Shown: piece by piece, positions 36,166 to 45,356 of the stretch
How the letters are laid out: each line of letters begins with the position of its first letter
Position numbering within the stretch: position 1 is the stretch's first letter
Source of the DNA: Thermoanaerobaculia bacterium
GTDB taxonomy: Bacteria > Acidobacteriota > Thermoanaerobaculia > Gp7-AA8
Reading direction: 5' to 3'
Assembly: GCA_036522835.1 (NCBI GenBank)
Contig: DATDFB010000057.1
Coordinates: forward strand, 3,906 to 67,905
DNA: 64,000 nt
Program-made: the position numbers and the translations under genes
The notes under the pieces: model-generated
The model's database searches: none
Told to the model about the DNA's origin: nothing
The model's input: only the letters and a program-made list of their open reading frames with translations

Positions 36166-37332
36166 GTGGAATTCGACATCTTCTTCTCGATCTGCCAGAC
36201 GGAGGTCGACGGGTATCTGCCCGACGAGCGAACGATGTTCGCGAATTTCTTCGAGCAGGTCGAGCTCGCCGACCGTCTCGGCTTCGGCACGGCGTGGGTG
36301 GCGGAGAGCCATCTTTCGACCGAGGTGCAGAAGACCAATCCCGGCGCGGTCATTCCGCACTTCGTCGGGGAGATCGGGCTCAACACCGACATCCTGCAGC
36401 TCGCGCACCGCGTCTTCGCGCGCACGAAGCGGATCGGCGTCGGCTCAGCGATCCTGAACATCCTCTGCAACGGCGGGCCGATTGCGCATGCGGAGCGGAT
36501 CAAGACGTTCCTGGCTTTGCACGGGCTCGACCCCGAGGAGCGGCGCACGCTGACGATCGGCTTCGCCTCGGGGCGCTTCCCGTTCATCAACGTGCCGTAC
36601 GGCGTCGTGCCGCGGAATCCGGTCGAGAGCGCGGCGTGGCCCGTGGTCAAGAACAAGATTTTCGAAGAGGCGACGGAGATTTTTCTCCGCCTGCTCAAAG
36701 GGGAGACGCTCAACTCGACGATGATCGCCCCGCGCGTGCTGCGGCGCGGCGACTTCCGCTCCGAGGAGGACTGGCAGCGCGTGCTCGAAGCGCACGGGCA
36801 GTACGTCGACGACGTGCCGCTCGCGCCACGCTGGACGTTCCCGAACCTGAAGATCGTTCCGCAGGAGTCGCGCATGGACCTCCTGCGACTCTCCATCGGG
36901 TCGCACGACCCGGCGCTGCAGGCGTTCGCGAACACGTTCCTGCCGGTCGGCGTCTTCAATCTCTCCATCACGCCGGGAAAAGAGATCGAGGAGACGAACC
37001 GTCGGATGCTGACGCAGTACCACGGCGGCGGATGGGAGCGGCGCCTCATGCCGCGCACGGTGCTCGTTTTTCCGAACGAGGCGGAGGCGACGACGGCGCT
37101 CTCGAACTACTGGCGCGCGCTGGAGGGGACGCTCGACGAGGAAAAGGTGCGCCGGGCCACGAACAACGCGCTCGTCGGCGACGCCGGGACGATCGCGCGG
37201 CAGATGCGGGAACGCTTCGATCCCGCGGACCGTTTGATGCTCTGGTTCGACTTCAACAACCACGACTCCAAGCGCGTGATGCAGAGCATGGACGACTTCA
37301 TGACCAAGGTGGCGCCGAGCTTCGCCGGATGA
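36166..37332 (+). CDS. LLM-class (luciferase-like) flavin-dependent oxidoreductase
   Basis: MEFDIFFSICQ...LGFGTAWVAESHL typical LLM N-terminus. 388 aa. Confidence 0.78.
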   Translation: MEFDIFFSICQTEVDGYLPDERTMFANFFEQVELADRLGFGTAWVAESHLSTEVQKTNPGAVIPHFVGEIGLNTDILQLAHRVFARTKRIGVGSAILNILCNGGPIAHAERIKTFLALHGLDPEERRTLTIGFASGRFPFINVPYGVVPRNPVESAAWPVVKNKIFEEATEIFLRLLKGETLNSTMIAPRVLRRGDFRSEEDWQRVLEAHGQYVDDVPLAPRWTFPNLKIVPQESRMDLLRLSIGSHDPALQAFANTFLPVGVFNLSITPGKEIEETNRRMLTQYHGGGWERRLMPRTVLVFPNEAEATTALSNYWRALEGTLDEEKVRRATNNALVGDAGTIARQMRERFDPADRLMLWFDFNNHDSKRVMQSMDDFMTKVAPSFAG

Positions 37333-39167
37333 TCCGCCGCACGCTGCTGCTCTTCGCCGCCAATCTCGTGCTCTTCACGCTGCTGCGGGTGGCGTTTCTC
37401 CTGGTCTTCGGCCATCGCCTGGCCGGGAACGATCTTCTGCGCGCCTTTTACCTCGGATTGAAATTCGACGCGCGGCTGGCGGCGCTGGTCGTCGCGCCGA
37501 TCGCGATTTTCGGCACGCGCCGCGCGGCGACGATCGTCTTCGCAATCTTCGAGCTCATCGTCCTCCTCTGCTACGCCATCGACTTCGGCTCGTACGCGTA
37601 CGTCCACCAGCGCGTGAACGCCAGCGAGCTGGAGTTCCTCCGCAATCCGCTGATCTCGCTGCACATGGTGTGGGAGTCGTACCACGTCGTCTGGTTCGGG
37701 CTGGGCATCCTGCTGTTCCTCGCGGCGCTCGTGTTCGCGCTGCGCGGCGGCGACGTGTCATCCCGAGCGCAGCGAGGGATCCCCCGCGACCCGCTCTGGC
37801 AGCGCATCGCCCTCATCGTCTTTCTTCTGGCGTGCATCTACGGCAAGGCCTCGCGCTACCCGCTGCGCTGGAGCGACGCCTACGTCGCACGCGATCCCTT
37901 CGCCGCGGAGCTCGCGCTCAACCCGCCGCAGTTCCTCTTCGAGACGATGCGCGAGGAGCCGGTGAAGCTCGACGAGAACCGCGTGCGGCGGCTCTACCCG
38001 GTCATGGCCGCGTATGCCGGAGTCGATCGCCCCGATCCGAAATCGCTGTCGCTGGCGCGCACGCCGAGGCTCTTTCCGCAGACCACCGGGGCGCCCAACG
38101 TCGTCGTCATCCAGCTCGAGTCCTTCGCGGCGTTCAAGAGCGGCGCGTTCGGCAACCGCGCCAACGGCTGCCCGAACGTCGACCGCCTGGCGCGCGAGGG
38201 GCTGCTCTTCACGAACTACTACTCCCCCTCGGAGAAGACCGCGCGCGCGCTCTATGCCGCCGTCTTCGGCATGGCCGACGTGAGCCCGTGGCAGGCCGCC
38301 GGCAACAACCCCATGGCGGTCGACCAGTACACGATCATCAACGCCTTCCGCGGCTACGAGAAGTATTTCTTCCTCGGCGGGAGCGCGAACTGGTCGAACA
38401 TCCGCGGGATGCTCGCGCACAATATCGACGGACTGAAGATCTTCGAGGAAGGCTCGTACAAAGCGAAGCCGGTCGACGTCTGGGGCGTGACGGACGAAGA
38501 GGTGTTCCTCACGGCGAGCGACGAGCTCTCGAAACAGCGCAAGCCATTCTTCGCGCTGATCCTGACCTCCGGCAATCACCGCCCCTACACCGTGCCGAAG
38601 GAGACGCACGGCTACGCGCGCGAGATCCTGTCGAACGAAGACCTGCGCGCGAACGGCTTCGAGTCGAACGACGAGTACAACTCCTTCCGCTACCTCGACC
38701 ACGCCGTCGGCCTCTTTTTCGAGAAGGCCGAGAAGGAGCCGTGGTTCAAGAACACCGTCTTTGTTCTCTACGGCGACCACGGCACGCGCACCGGCGCGCC
38801 CGGCGAAGCGCTCACGCTCGGCGACCTCTCGCTCATCGTCTACCACGTGCCGATGATCATCTACGCGCCCGGCTTCAACGTGCCGCCGCGCAGGATCGAC
38901 ATCGCCGCGAGCCACATGGACCTGATGCCGACGATCGCGAGCTTTTGCGGAGTGCCGTACCGCAATCAGACGCTGGGCATCGATCTCTTCGATCCGAATT
39001 CCGCCGGACACTCGGCAGCGTTCGTTTTTACAACGTTTCGCCAGCCGCCCACCCTCGGCCTGGTCGAAGGCGCGCGCTACACGATCGTAAAATCGGGGAC
39101 GAGCAACACCCTTCCGGAAGCGTTTTATGAGTTTTCTCGTTGGCTGATGCTGCACAATAAACCGTAA
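37329..39167 (+). CDS. LTA-synthase / sulfatase-family (alkaline-phosphatase superfamily) polytopic membrane enzyme
   Basis: ATGA overlap with the LLM gene. N-terminal 5 TM helices, then sulfatase-domain motifs VVVIQLESF...YSPSEKTARALYAAV...GDHG. Contains an in-frame family-A repeat arm. Confidence 0.78.
   Translation: MIRRTLLLFAANLVLFTLLRVAFLLVFGHRLAGNDLLRAFYLGLKFDARLAALVVAPIAIFGTRRAATIVFAIFELIVLLCYAIDFGSYAYVHQRVNASELEFLRNPLISLHMVWESYHVVWFGLGILLFLAALVFALRGGDVSSRAQRGIPRDPLWQRIALIVFLLACIYGKASRYPLRWSDAYVARDPFAAELALNPPQFLFETMREEPVKLDENRVRRLYPVMAAYAGVDRPDPKSLSLARTPRLFPQTTGAPNVVVIQLESFAAFKSGAFGNRANGCPNVDRLAREGLLFTNYYSPSEKTARALYAAVFGMADVSPWQAAGNNPMAVDQYTIINAFRGYEKYFFLGGSANWSNIRGMLAHNIDGLKIFEEGSYKAKPVDVWGVTDEEVFLTASDELSKQRKPFFALILTSGNHRPYTVPKETHGYAREILSNEDLRANGFESNDEYNSFRYLDHAVGLFFEKAEKEPWFKNTVFVLYGDHGTRTGAPGEALTLGDLSLIVYHVPMIIYAPGFNVPPRRIDIAASHMDLMPTIASFCGVPYRNQTLGIDLFDPNSAGHSAAFVFTTFRQPPTLGLVEGARYTIVKSGTSNTLPEAFYEFSRWLMLHNKP
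37755..37790. repeat. Palindromic repeat family A, single-arm (solo) copy inside the sulfatase-family gene
   Basis: gtgtcatcccgagcgcagcgagggatcccccgcgac, encoding VSSRAQRGIPRD in frame. Confidence 0.7.
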
Positions 39168-39176
39168 TCGCAAACG

Positions 39177-39206
39177 ACAGCGGCGGCATGGCCGCCGCAC
39201 TCCACA
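39177..39206. repeat. Palindromic repeat family B, single-arm copy immediately upstream of the hflX start codon
   Basis: acagcggcggcatggccgccgcactccaca, followed directly by ATG. Confidence 0.75.
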
Positions 39207-40460
39207 ATGCCTGAAACTGCCATCGCCGTAGGACTTCTCCTGCCGGACACATCGCGTACCGTCGCCGACGAGCACCTCGACGAGCTCGAGAAACTGATCG
39301 AGACGGCCGGCGGCAACGTCGTCGCCAAAATGCTGGCCCGCCGCCCCGCGCCCGATCCCGCCACCTTCGTCGGCAAGGGGAAGGCGGAAGAGATCAAGGT
39401 CATCGCCGAGAATCACGGCGCGCAGCTCGTGGTCTTCGACGACGACTTGAGCCCCGCGCAGGTGCGCAACCTCGAGAAGATCACGGGCGTCAAGGTCATC
39501 GACCGCAGCGGCCTCATTCTCGACATCTTCGCCGGCCGCGCGCGCAGCCGCGAGGCGCGCACGCAGGTGGAGCTGGCGCAGCTCGAGTACACGCTGCCGC
39601 GCCTCACCCGCGCCTGGACGCACCTGGAGCGGCAGGCCGGCGGCATCGGCACGCGCGGCGTCGGCGAGACGCAGATCGAGCTCGACCGCCGCATCATCCG
39701 CAACCGCATCGCCCACCTCAAAGAAGAGCTGCGCAAGATCGAGCGGACGCGCGTCACGCAGCGCAAGGCGCGCAGCAGCGCCTTCACCGTCGCGCTGGTC
39801 GGCTACACGAATGCCGGGAAGTCGACGCTCTTCAACCAGCTCACGCGCGGCGGCGCCGAGGCGGTCGACAAGCTGTTCGCCACGCTCGATGCGAAGTCGC
39901 AGCGCGCCGCGTTCGAGATGCCGCGCGAGACCGTCGTCATCGACACCGTCGGCTTCATCCGCAAGCTGCCGCACAACCTCGTGGCCTCGTTCCGCTCGAC
40001 GATGGAGGAGGCGGTCGCCGCCGACCTCGTGCTGCACGTCATCGATGTGAGCCATCCACAGTACGAAGAGCAGCGCACCGTCGCCGAGGAAGTGTTGAAA
40101 GAGCTCGGCGTGCCGGCGGAGCGGGTCATGGAGGTCTACAACAAAGTCGACCGCGCCGAGACCATGATCCGCCGCAAGGGCGCCGTCGGCGTGTCCGCGC
40201 TGACGGGGCGGAACATCGACAAGCTGGTCGATGCCATCCGGCAGCGCGAGCTCGAAGGCGGCGAGGTCGTGCAGCTCGAGATCCCGCACTCCGAGCCGAA
40301 GCTCCTGGCGGAGCTGCACGAGACCGCGGTGGTGTACGCGCAGACGGCATCCGACGACATCACGGCCGTCACGGCGTGGCTGCCGTTCGAGGTCCTGCCG
40401 CGATTCACCGAGTACCGGCGGCCCGACGTGGCCGCCGCCGCGCGCGCGACGCTCAGGTGA
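39207..40460 (+). CDS. hflX: GTPase HflX
   Basis: HflX N-terminal domain, then G-domain motifs GYTNAGKSTL, DTVGF, NKVD. Confidence 0.9.
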   Translation: MPETAIAVGLLLPDTSRTVADEHLDELEKLIETAGGNVVAKMLARRPAPDPATFVGKGKAEEIKVIAENHGAQLVVFDDDLSPAQVRNLEKITGVKVIDRSGLILDIFAGRARSREARTQVELAQLEYTLPRLTRAWTHLERQAGGIGTRGVGETQIELDRRIIRNRIAHLKEELRKIERTRVTQRKARSSAFTVALVGYTNAGKSTLFNQLTRGGAEAVDKLFATLDAKSQRAAFEMPRETVVIDTVGFIRKLPHNLVASFRSTMEEAVAADLVLHVIDVSHPQYEEQRTVAEEVLKELGVPAERVMEVYNKVDRAETMIRRKGAVGVSALTGRNIDKLVDAIRQRELEGGEVVQLEIPHSEPKLLAELHETAVVYAQTASDDITAVTAWLPFEVLPRFTEYRRPDVAAAARATLR

Positions 40461-41577
40461 TCGTGCGCAAGCGGTCGTTGATGACGCGCGTCCGCCCGCC
40501 GGCGTTGATGCGCAGCTCGAGACCCGGCTTGCCGTCCAGATCGGACGCGCCGAGGTACGTCCATGCCGCGCCGGCCGTGTAGGTGAAGCTCGATCCGTCG
40601 GCATCGTGGTAGATGTCGATGGCGCTTCCCACGTTGAACACGAGATCGTTGCCGGGCCGCCCATCGGTGTCGACGGCGTCGACCAGCGTCCACCCTTTCG
40701 TGCTGACGAGGTGGCTCGTCACGGTGCCGCCGGCGTCGTGAATGATGCGAACGGCCGATCCGATGTTGAGAATCAGCTCCGCGCCCGCCTTGCCGTCGAG
40801 ATCGGCGGCGCGCATGAACTTCCACGAGCTGCCGCCGTCGTAGTCCCTCGACGCGCCCGTGCCGGCGTGAACGATCCGGATTTTGGAGCCGAGATTCAGC
40901 ACCAACTCCGCGCCCGGCAGTCCGTCGAGCTCCGCCGAGGTGACCAACGCCCACGCCGGCCCGAGAGCCGGAAAATCGACGACGCTGTTGCTGCCGTCGC
41001 GGATCACGCGGAGCGTCGATCCGAGATTCACCGCCAGCTCGGCGCCCGGCTTCCCGTCGAGCTCCGCGATCGTGACGACCGTCCAGACCGGGCCGAGATT
41101 CGCAGTATCGCTCGAGGTGCCGGCCGCGTCGTGAATGATGCGGATCGTCGAGCCGAGGTTCAGCACGAGCTCCGCGCCGGCTTTGCCGTCGGTATCCACC
41201 GTGGCGATCAGCTTCCACGCCGCCGCCGCGTTGTAGTCCTGCATCTTGCCGGTCGCGTCGCGGATCACGCGGATCTTCGCGCCGAGATTGAGCACGAGCT
41301 CCAGGCCGGGTCGGCCGTCGAGATCGGCCGCGCCCGCGAAGGCCCACCCGGCGCCGGCGGCGTACGTGTTCGACGTTCCGTTCGCGCGCTGCACGCGGAT
41401 CGTGGCGCCCTCGTTGAAGACCTTCTCGGCCGCACCGTCGCCGTTCGTGTCCCAACTGCCCATCAGGATGCTGCCGGCAGCCATGGCATCCGAGGCGAGG
41501 AGAAAGAGGGTCAGGAGCCGGAGAAACCGCATCGAAACTCCTGTCGTTTCGTACAGATGACGTCGCGCGCGGCCCAA
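40453..41577 (-). CDS. secreted beta-propeller-like protein with ~8 tandem FG-GAP-like repeats
   Basis: Repeating DLDGKPGAELVLNLGSxIRIIHDAxGT unit of ~37 aa (111 nt at DNA level). Signal peptide MRFLRLLTLFLLASDAMAAG. The true start is possibly Met16. Confidence 0.6.
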   Translation of the reverse strand: MGRARRHLYETTGVSMRFLRLLTLFLLASDAMAAGSILMGSWDTNGDGAAEKVFNEGATIRVQRANGTSNTYAAGAGWAFAGAADLDGRPGLELVLNLGAKIRVIRDATGKMQDYNAAAAWKLIATVDTDGKAGAELVLNLGSTIRIIHDAAGTSSDTANLGPVWTVVTIAELDGKPGAELAVNLGSTLRVIRDGSNSVVDFPALGPAWALVTSAELDGLPGAELVLNLGSKIRIVHAGTGASRDYDGGSSWKFMRAADLDGKAGAELILNIGSAVRIIHDAGGTVTSHLVSTKGWTLVDAVDTDGRPGNDLVFNVGSAIDIYHDADGSSFTYTAGAAWTYLGASDLDGKPGLELRINAGGRTRVINDRLRTIT

Positions 41578-41599
41578 ACGTGATAGGAATCAGGAAGCG

Positions 41600-42088
41600 A
41601 TGAAAATCCGTCCAGCCGAGGCGAAGGACCGCCCGCGCATCCGCGAGATCCTCGTTGCCACGGCGCGATTCACGGACGACGAGATCCGCGCCGCGGTCGA
41701 GCTCGTCGACCACTACCTCGACCATCCCGCCCGCTCCGAATACCTCACCTTCGTTCTCGAGTCGCCCGAGAGCGGCCCCAGCCGCCAGGTGCAGGGCTAC
41801 GTCACTTACGGCGCTACGCCGAAGACCGAGGGCGTGTTCGATCTCTACTGGATCGCCGTCGACCCGCGGCACCAGGGGCAGGGCTTCGGACAGCTTCTTC
41901 TACGCTTCGTAGAGAACGAAGTGCGCCGGCACCGAGGCAGAATGTTGCTCATCGAGACCTCGTCGAAGGAAAGTTATTCGTCGACGTTGCGCTTTTACCA
42001 ACGCAGCGGTTACGACGAGATCTCGCGAATTAAAGACTTCTACCGCATCGAGTGCGACAAAATCGTCTTCTGTAAGAAATTCGCATGA
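41600..42088 (+). CDS. GNAT family N-acetyltransferase
   Basis: Acetyl-CoA binding motif HQGQGFGQLLL. 162 aa. Confidence 0.8.
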   Translation: MKIRPAEAKDRPRIREILVATARFTDDEIRAAVELVDHYLDHPARSEYLTFVLESPESGPSRQVQGYVTYGATPKTEGVFDLYWIAVDPRHQGQGFGQLLLRFVENEVRRHRGRMLLIETSSKESYSSTLRFYQRSGYDEISRIKDFYRIECDKIVFCKKFA

Positions 42089-42873
42089 GCCCGAACCTGA
42101 CCCTTTACGCCGCACTCGGCCTCTACGCCGCCGGCACGCTGATGGCCTTGGCGTCGCTGTTCGGGCGGCGTTTGCAGACGCCGGCGCTGGTGCTGATGCT
42201 GGCCGGGTTCGTCAGCCACACGGTCTGGATCGGGACGATTTGCGTGCGCACGCACCACCCGCCGCTCACGAACCTGCCGGAGATCGCGGCGTTCCTGTCG
42301 TGGACGGTGTTCGTCGTGGAGCTGGTGCTGCTGTTCAAGTACCGCGTGCACGCGGCGTCGTTCTTCGTCTACCCGCTCGTGCTGATGCTCCTGACCGTCT
42401 CGGCCGTCGTGCACGAGCCGTTCGCGCTGGCCGGCCCGACGGCGCAGTCGAAGCTCTTCACGACGCACATCCTCCTCTCGACGGTCGGCGTGGCCGCACT
42501 GCTCATCGGCGTCGCGTTCAATGCGCTGGCCTGGATGCAAGACCGGTCGCTCAAGTCGAAGCACCGCGGGCGGACGTGGGAGTGGATCCCGAGCCTCAAC
42601 GTCTGCAAGACGCTGAGTTACCGGGCGCTGGCCGTCGGCTTCAGCATCTACACGCTCGGGATTCTGACGGGGATTCTCTGGTCCTACCGCACGACTTCGG
42701 AGCTGCTCGACCTGCGCGTCAAGCAGGTCGGCGCGATCGTGGCGTGGGTGCTCTTCGCAACGCTCCTGCAGTCGTACGTCAGCGGCGCGTATCGCGCGCG
42801 GAGGGCCATGGTGATCTCGGCCTGCGCGCTCGTGGCGGTGCTCGTGGCCATTTTGGGGATCCGGCATGTCTGA
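42085..42873 (+). CDS. cytochrome c assembly protein (CcsA/HemX-like) associated with hemA
   Basis: 8 TM helices, W-rich region. Conserved position immediately upstream of hemA. Confidence 0.72.
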   Translation: MSPNLTLYAALGLYAAGTLMALASLFGRRLQTPALVLMLAGFVSHTVWIGTICVRTHHPPLTNLPEIAAFLSWTVFVVELVLLFKYRVHAASFFVYPLVLMLLTVSAVVHEPFALAGPTAQSKLFTTHILLSTVGVAALLIGVAFNALAWMQDRSLKSKHRGRTWEWIPSLNVCKTLSYRALAVGFSIYTLGILTGILWSYRTTSELLDLRVKQVGAIVAWVLFATLLQSYVSGAYRARRAMVISACALVAVLVAILGIRHV

Positions 42874-43070
42874 GCAGAACGCTCGCACTCTGCCAACGCT
42901 CGGGAGAACGACCGGGAGGCCTCCGGCGGGCGGGCACGGCCCGCAGCGTTTGTTGGCGCGCAAATCATGTTTCCTGCGAAACCCGTACGTTCGGCCGGAG
43001 GCAACCAGCGCTGCGGGCCGCGCCCGCCCGCCGGAGGCCCTTCGTCGTCCCCTGCGTTGGCAGAGTGCGA
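42867..43070. repeat. ~205-bp nested inverted repeat (MITE-like element or structured leader) filling the intergenic region upstream of hemA
   Basis: Outer 26-bp perfect inverted repeat gcagaacgctcgcactctgccaacgc (42867-42892) / gcgttggcagagtgcgagcgttctgc (43045-43070). Inner inverted pairs ggcctccggcgggcgggc / gcccgcccgccggaggcc and cggcccgcagcg / cgctgcgggccg. Confidence 0.8.
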
Positions 43071-43092
43071 GCGTTCTGCACGGGAGGGCGAC

Positions 43093-44355
43093 ATGGCCCT
43101 GATCGCCATCGGCCTCAACCACCGCACTGCCCCCGTGGACGTGCGCGAGCGGCTCAGCGTGGCCGAGTCGAAGCTGCCGGAGTTGATCGCGAGCCTCACG
43201 GCCATGAGCGGCGTCGACGGCGGCGCCATCGTCTCGACCTGCAACCGCGTCGAGACCTACGTCTCCGCCTCGAGCGAAGACATCATCGAAGCGGTCGTCG
43301 ACTGGCTCGCCGAGCGCGCCGGCGCCGACCGGGCCGAGATCGAGAAGCACCTCTACATCCTTCGCCACGGCGACGTGGTCAAGCACCTCTTCCGCGTGGC
43401 CGCGGGGCTCGACTCGATGATTGTCGGCGAGCCGCAGATCCACGGCCAGGTGCGCGCGGCGTTCCTGGAGTCGCAGCGCTGCGGCGCGCTCGACGCACTG
43501 CTGATGCACGTCTTCGAGCAGACCATGCGCGTGGCCAAGAAGATCCGCACCGACACCGGCATCGGCGAGCACGCCGTCTCCGTGCCGTACGCCGCGGTGG
43601 AGCTGGCGAAGAAGATCTTCGGCGAGCTCGACGGCCTGCAGGCGCTGCTCCTCGGCGCGGGCGACATCGGCGAGCTAACGGCGGAGCACCTCGCGGGCTC
43701 GGGTGTGCGCCAGATCTTCGTGGCCAACCGCGCCTACGAGCGCGGCGTGCAGCTCGCCGAGCGCTTCGGCGGCGCGGCCATCCAGTTCAGCGCTGTCGAG
43801 CCGTACCTGGCCACGTGCGACATCGTCATCGCCTCGACCGCAGCGCCGCACTTCGTCATCGAGCGCGGCCAGGTCGCGCGCGCGCTGGAGTCGCGGAAGA
43901 TGAAGAACCTCTTCCTCATCGACCTGAGCGTGCCGCGCAACATCGACCCGGCCATCGCCAAGGTCGAGGGCGCCTATCTCTACAACATCGACGACCTCCA
44001 GCTCGTGGCCGAGTCGAACCGCGAGCTGCGCATGAAGAAGGCCCAGCAGGCGGAGGAGATCGTGGCGCGCGAGGTGGAGTCGTTCCGCCGCCGCATCGCC
44101 GCCATGGACGCGGTGCCGACGATCGTCGAGCTGCAGCAGCGCCTCGAGGAGATCCGCGCCACGGAGCTGGAACGGTGCCTCCGCCGCGTCGGCCCGATCA
44201 CCGCCGAGCAGCGCGAGGCCATCGAGATGATGACCACGCAGATGGTCAACAAGATCCTCCACTACCCGATCCTCCAGCTCAAGGAAGCCGACGAGCCGCA
44301 GGAGCAGCGCGAGTCGCTCCGCAAGACGATTCGAAAGATCTTCGGGCTGCGATGA
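43093..44355 (+). CDS. hemA: glutamyl-tRNA reductase
   Basis: MALIAIGLNHRTAPVDVRERL...GEPQIHGQV canonical HemA. The ORF-track start at 42967 lies inside the inverted repeat and is unlikely. Confidence 0.9.
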   Translation: MALIAIGLNHRTAPVDVRERLSVAESKLPELIASLTAMSGVDGGAIVSTCNRVETYVSASSEDIIEAVVDWLAERAGADRAEIEKHLYILRHGDVVKHLFRVAAGLDSMIVGEPQIHGQVRAAFLESQRCGALDALLMHVFEQTMRVAKKIRTDTGIGEHAVSVPYAAVELAKKIFGELDGLQALLLGAGDIGELTAEHLAGSGVRQIFVANRAYERGVQLAERFGGAAIQFSAVEPYLATCDIVIASTAAPHFVIERGQVARALESRKMKNLFLIDLSVPRNIDPAIAKVEGAYLYNIDDLQLVAESNRELRMKKAQQAEEIVAREVESFRRRIAAMDAVPTIVELQQRLEEIRATELERCLRRVGPITAEQREAIEMMTTQMVNKILHYPILQLKEADEPQEQRESLRKTIRKIFGLR

Positions 44356-45356
44356 GCGAGACAATCCGCATCGGCACGCGCGGCAGCCAACTCGCGCTCT
44401 GGCAAGCCAACGAAGTGTCGAACCGGCTCAGCGAAATCGGCTACCGGCCGGAGATCGCGGTCATCAAGACGACGGGCGACAAGCGCACCGACGTGCCGCT
44501 GTCGTCGGTCGGCGGCAAGGGCCTCTTCATCAAGGAGCTCGAGGAGGCGCTGGCGCGGCGCGAGATCGATGTGGCCGTGCACTCGCTCAAGGACGTGCCG
44601 TCGCTCGTCCCCGAGCCGTTCGTGCTGGCCGGCTTCCTCGAGCGCGCCGACGCCCGCGACGCCTGGGTGCAGCTCGACGGCACGCGCATCGAGGAGCTGG
44701 CTGCAGGCGCGGTCGTCGGCACGAGCGCGCCGCGGCGGCGCGCGCAACTGCGGCTGCTCTTTCCGTCGCTCACGCTCGAGGAGATGCGCGGCAACGTCGA
44801 CACGCGCATCAATAAACTGCGCGCCGGCTTGTACGACGGCGCGGTGCTGGCGTCGGCCGGACTCATTCGACTCGGCCGTTCCAGCGAGATCACCGCGCAG
44901 TTCGACGTCGACCAGATGGTGCCGGCCGCGGGGCAGGGCATCGTCACGATCGAGTGCAACAAAGACGACGATCGCGCGCGCCAGGCCGCCGCGGCGATCA
45001 ACCACCATCCCAGCGAGGCCGCGGCGCGCGCCGAGCGCGGCGTGCTGCAGAAGTTCGGCGAGGCGCTCGACTGCTACTCCGCCGTGGCCGTGCATGCGAC
45101 GTGGGCCCGTGTCATTCCGCGTCGCGAAGACGGCGAGGAGTCCCGTGCACACGACGACGGCGATGCTCCGTCGGCAGGAGATCCTTCGCCGTCTTCGCGG
45201 CTCGGGATGACACGTCTCAAGATCCGCGCGTTCTTCGGCGAGCTCGAAGGCGAGCGCCATTTGCACGTCACGCGCGAAGGCGACGAGGCCGACGCCGTCG
45301 TGCAGCAAGTCTTCGACGAGCTCGTCGACCGCGGAGCCATGGAGCTGCTCAAGTGA
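44352..45356 (+). CDS. hemC: porphobilinogen deaminase (hydroxymethylbilane synthase) carrying an in-frame repeat insertion
   Basis: ATGA overlap with hemA. IRIGTRGSQLALWQA N-terminus. Contains a ~35-aa insertion (RVIPRREDGEESRAHDDGDAPSAGDPSPSSRLGMT) encoded by a family-A repeat. Confidence 0.88.
   Translation: MSETIRIGTRGSQLALWQANEVSNRLSEIGYRPEIAVIKTTGDKRTDVPLSSVGGKGLFIKELEEALARREIDVAVHSLKDVPSLVPEPFVLAGFLERADARDAWVQLDGTRIEELAAGAVVGTSAPRRRAQLRLLFPSLTLEEMRGNVDTRINKLRAGLYDGAVLASAGLIRLGRSSEITAQFDVDQMVPAAGQGIVTIECNKDDDRARQAAAAINHHPSEAAARAERGVLQKFGEALDCYSAVAVHATWARVIPRREDGEESRAHDDGDAPSAGDPSPSSRLGMTRLKIRAFFGELEGERHLHVTREGDEADAVVQQVFDELVDRGAMELLK
45109..45214. repeat. Palindromic repeat family A, full copy inserted in-frame within hemC domain 3
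   Basis: gtgtcattccgcgtcgcgaagacggcgaggagtcc...cgccgtcttcgcggctcgggatgacacg. Confidence 0.8.

Noticed and set aside
33327-37058. Minus-strand ORFs 33327-34691 and 35016-37058
   Set aside because: They are antisense to the VWA gene and to the ddpX/LLM genes respectively. Both are Arg-rich shadow frames.
36048-39167. 1039-aa plus-strand ORF
   Set aside because: The real gene is the 3' part (37329-39167, sulfatase family). The upstream part is an out-of-frame shadow of the LLM oxidoreductase gene (36166-37332).
42240-45356. 1038-aa plus-strand ORF
   Set aside because: Only the 3' third (44352-45356) is real, namely hemC. The upstream portion is an alternative frame of ccsA-like and hemA, and its composition is nonsense.
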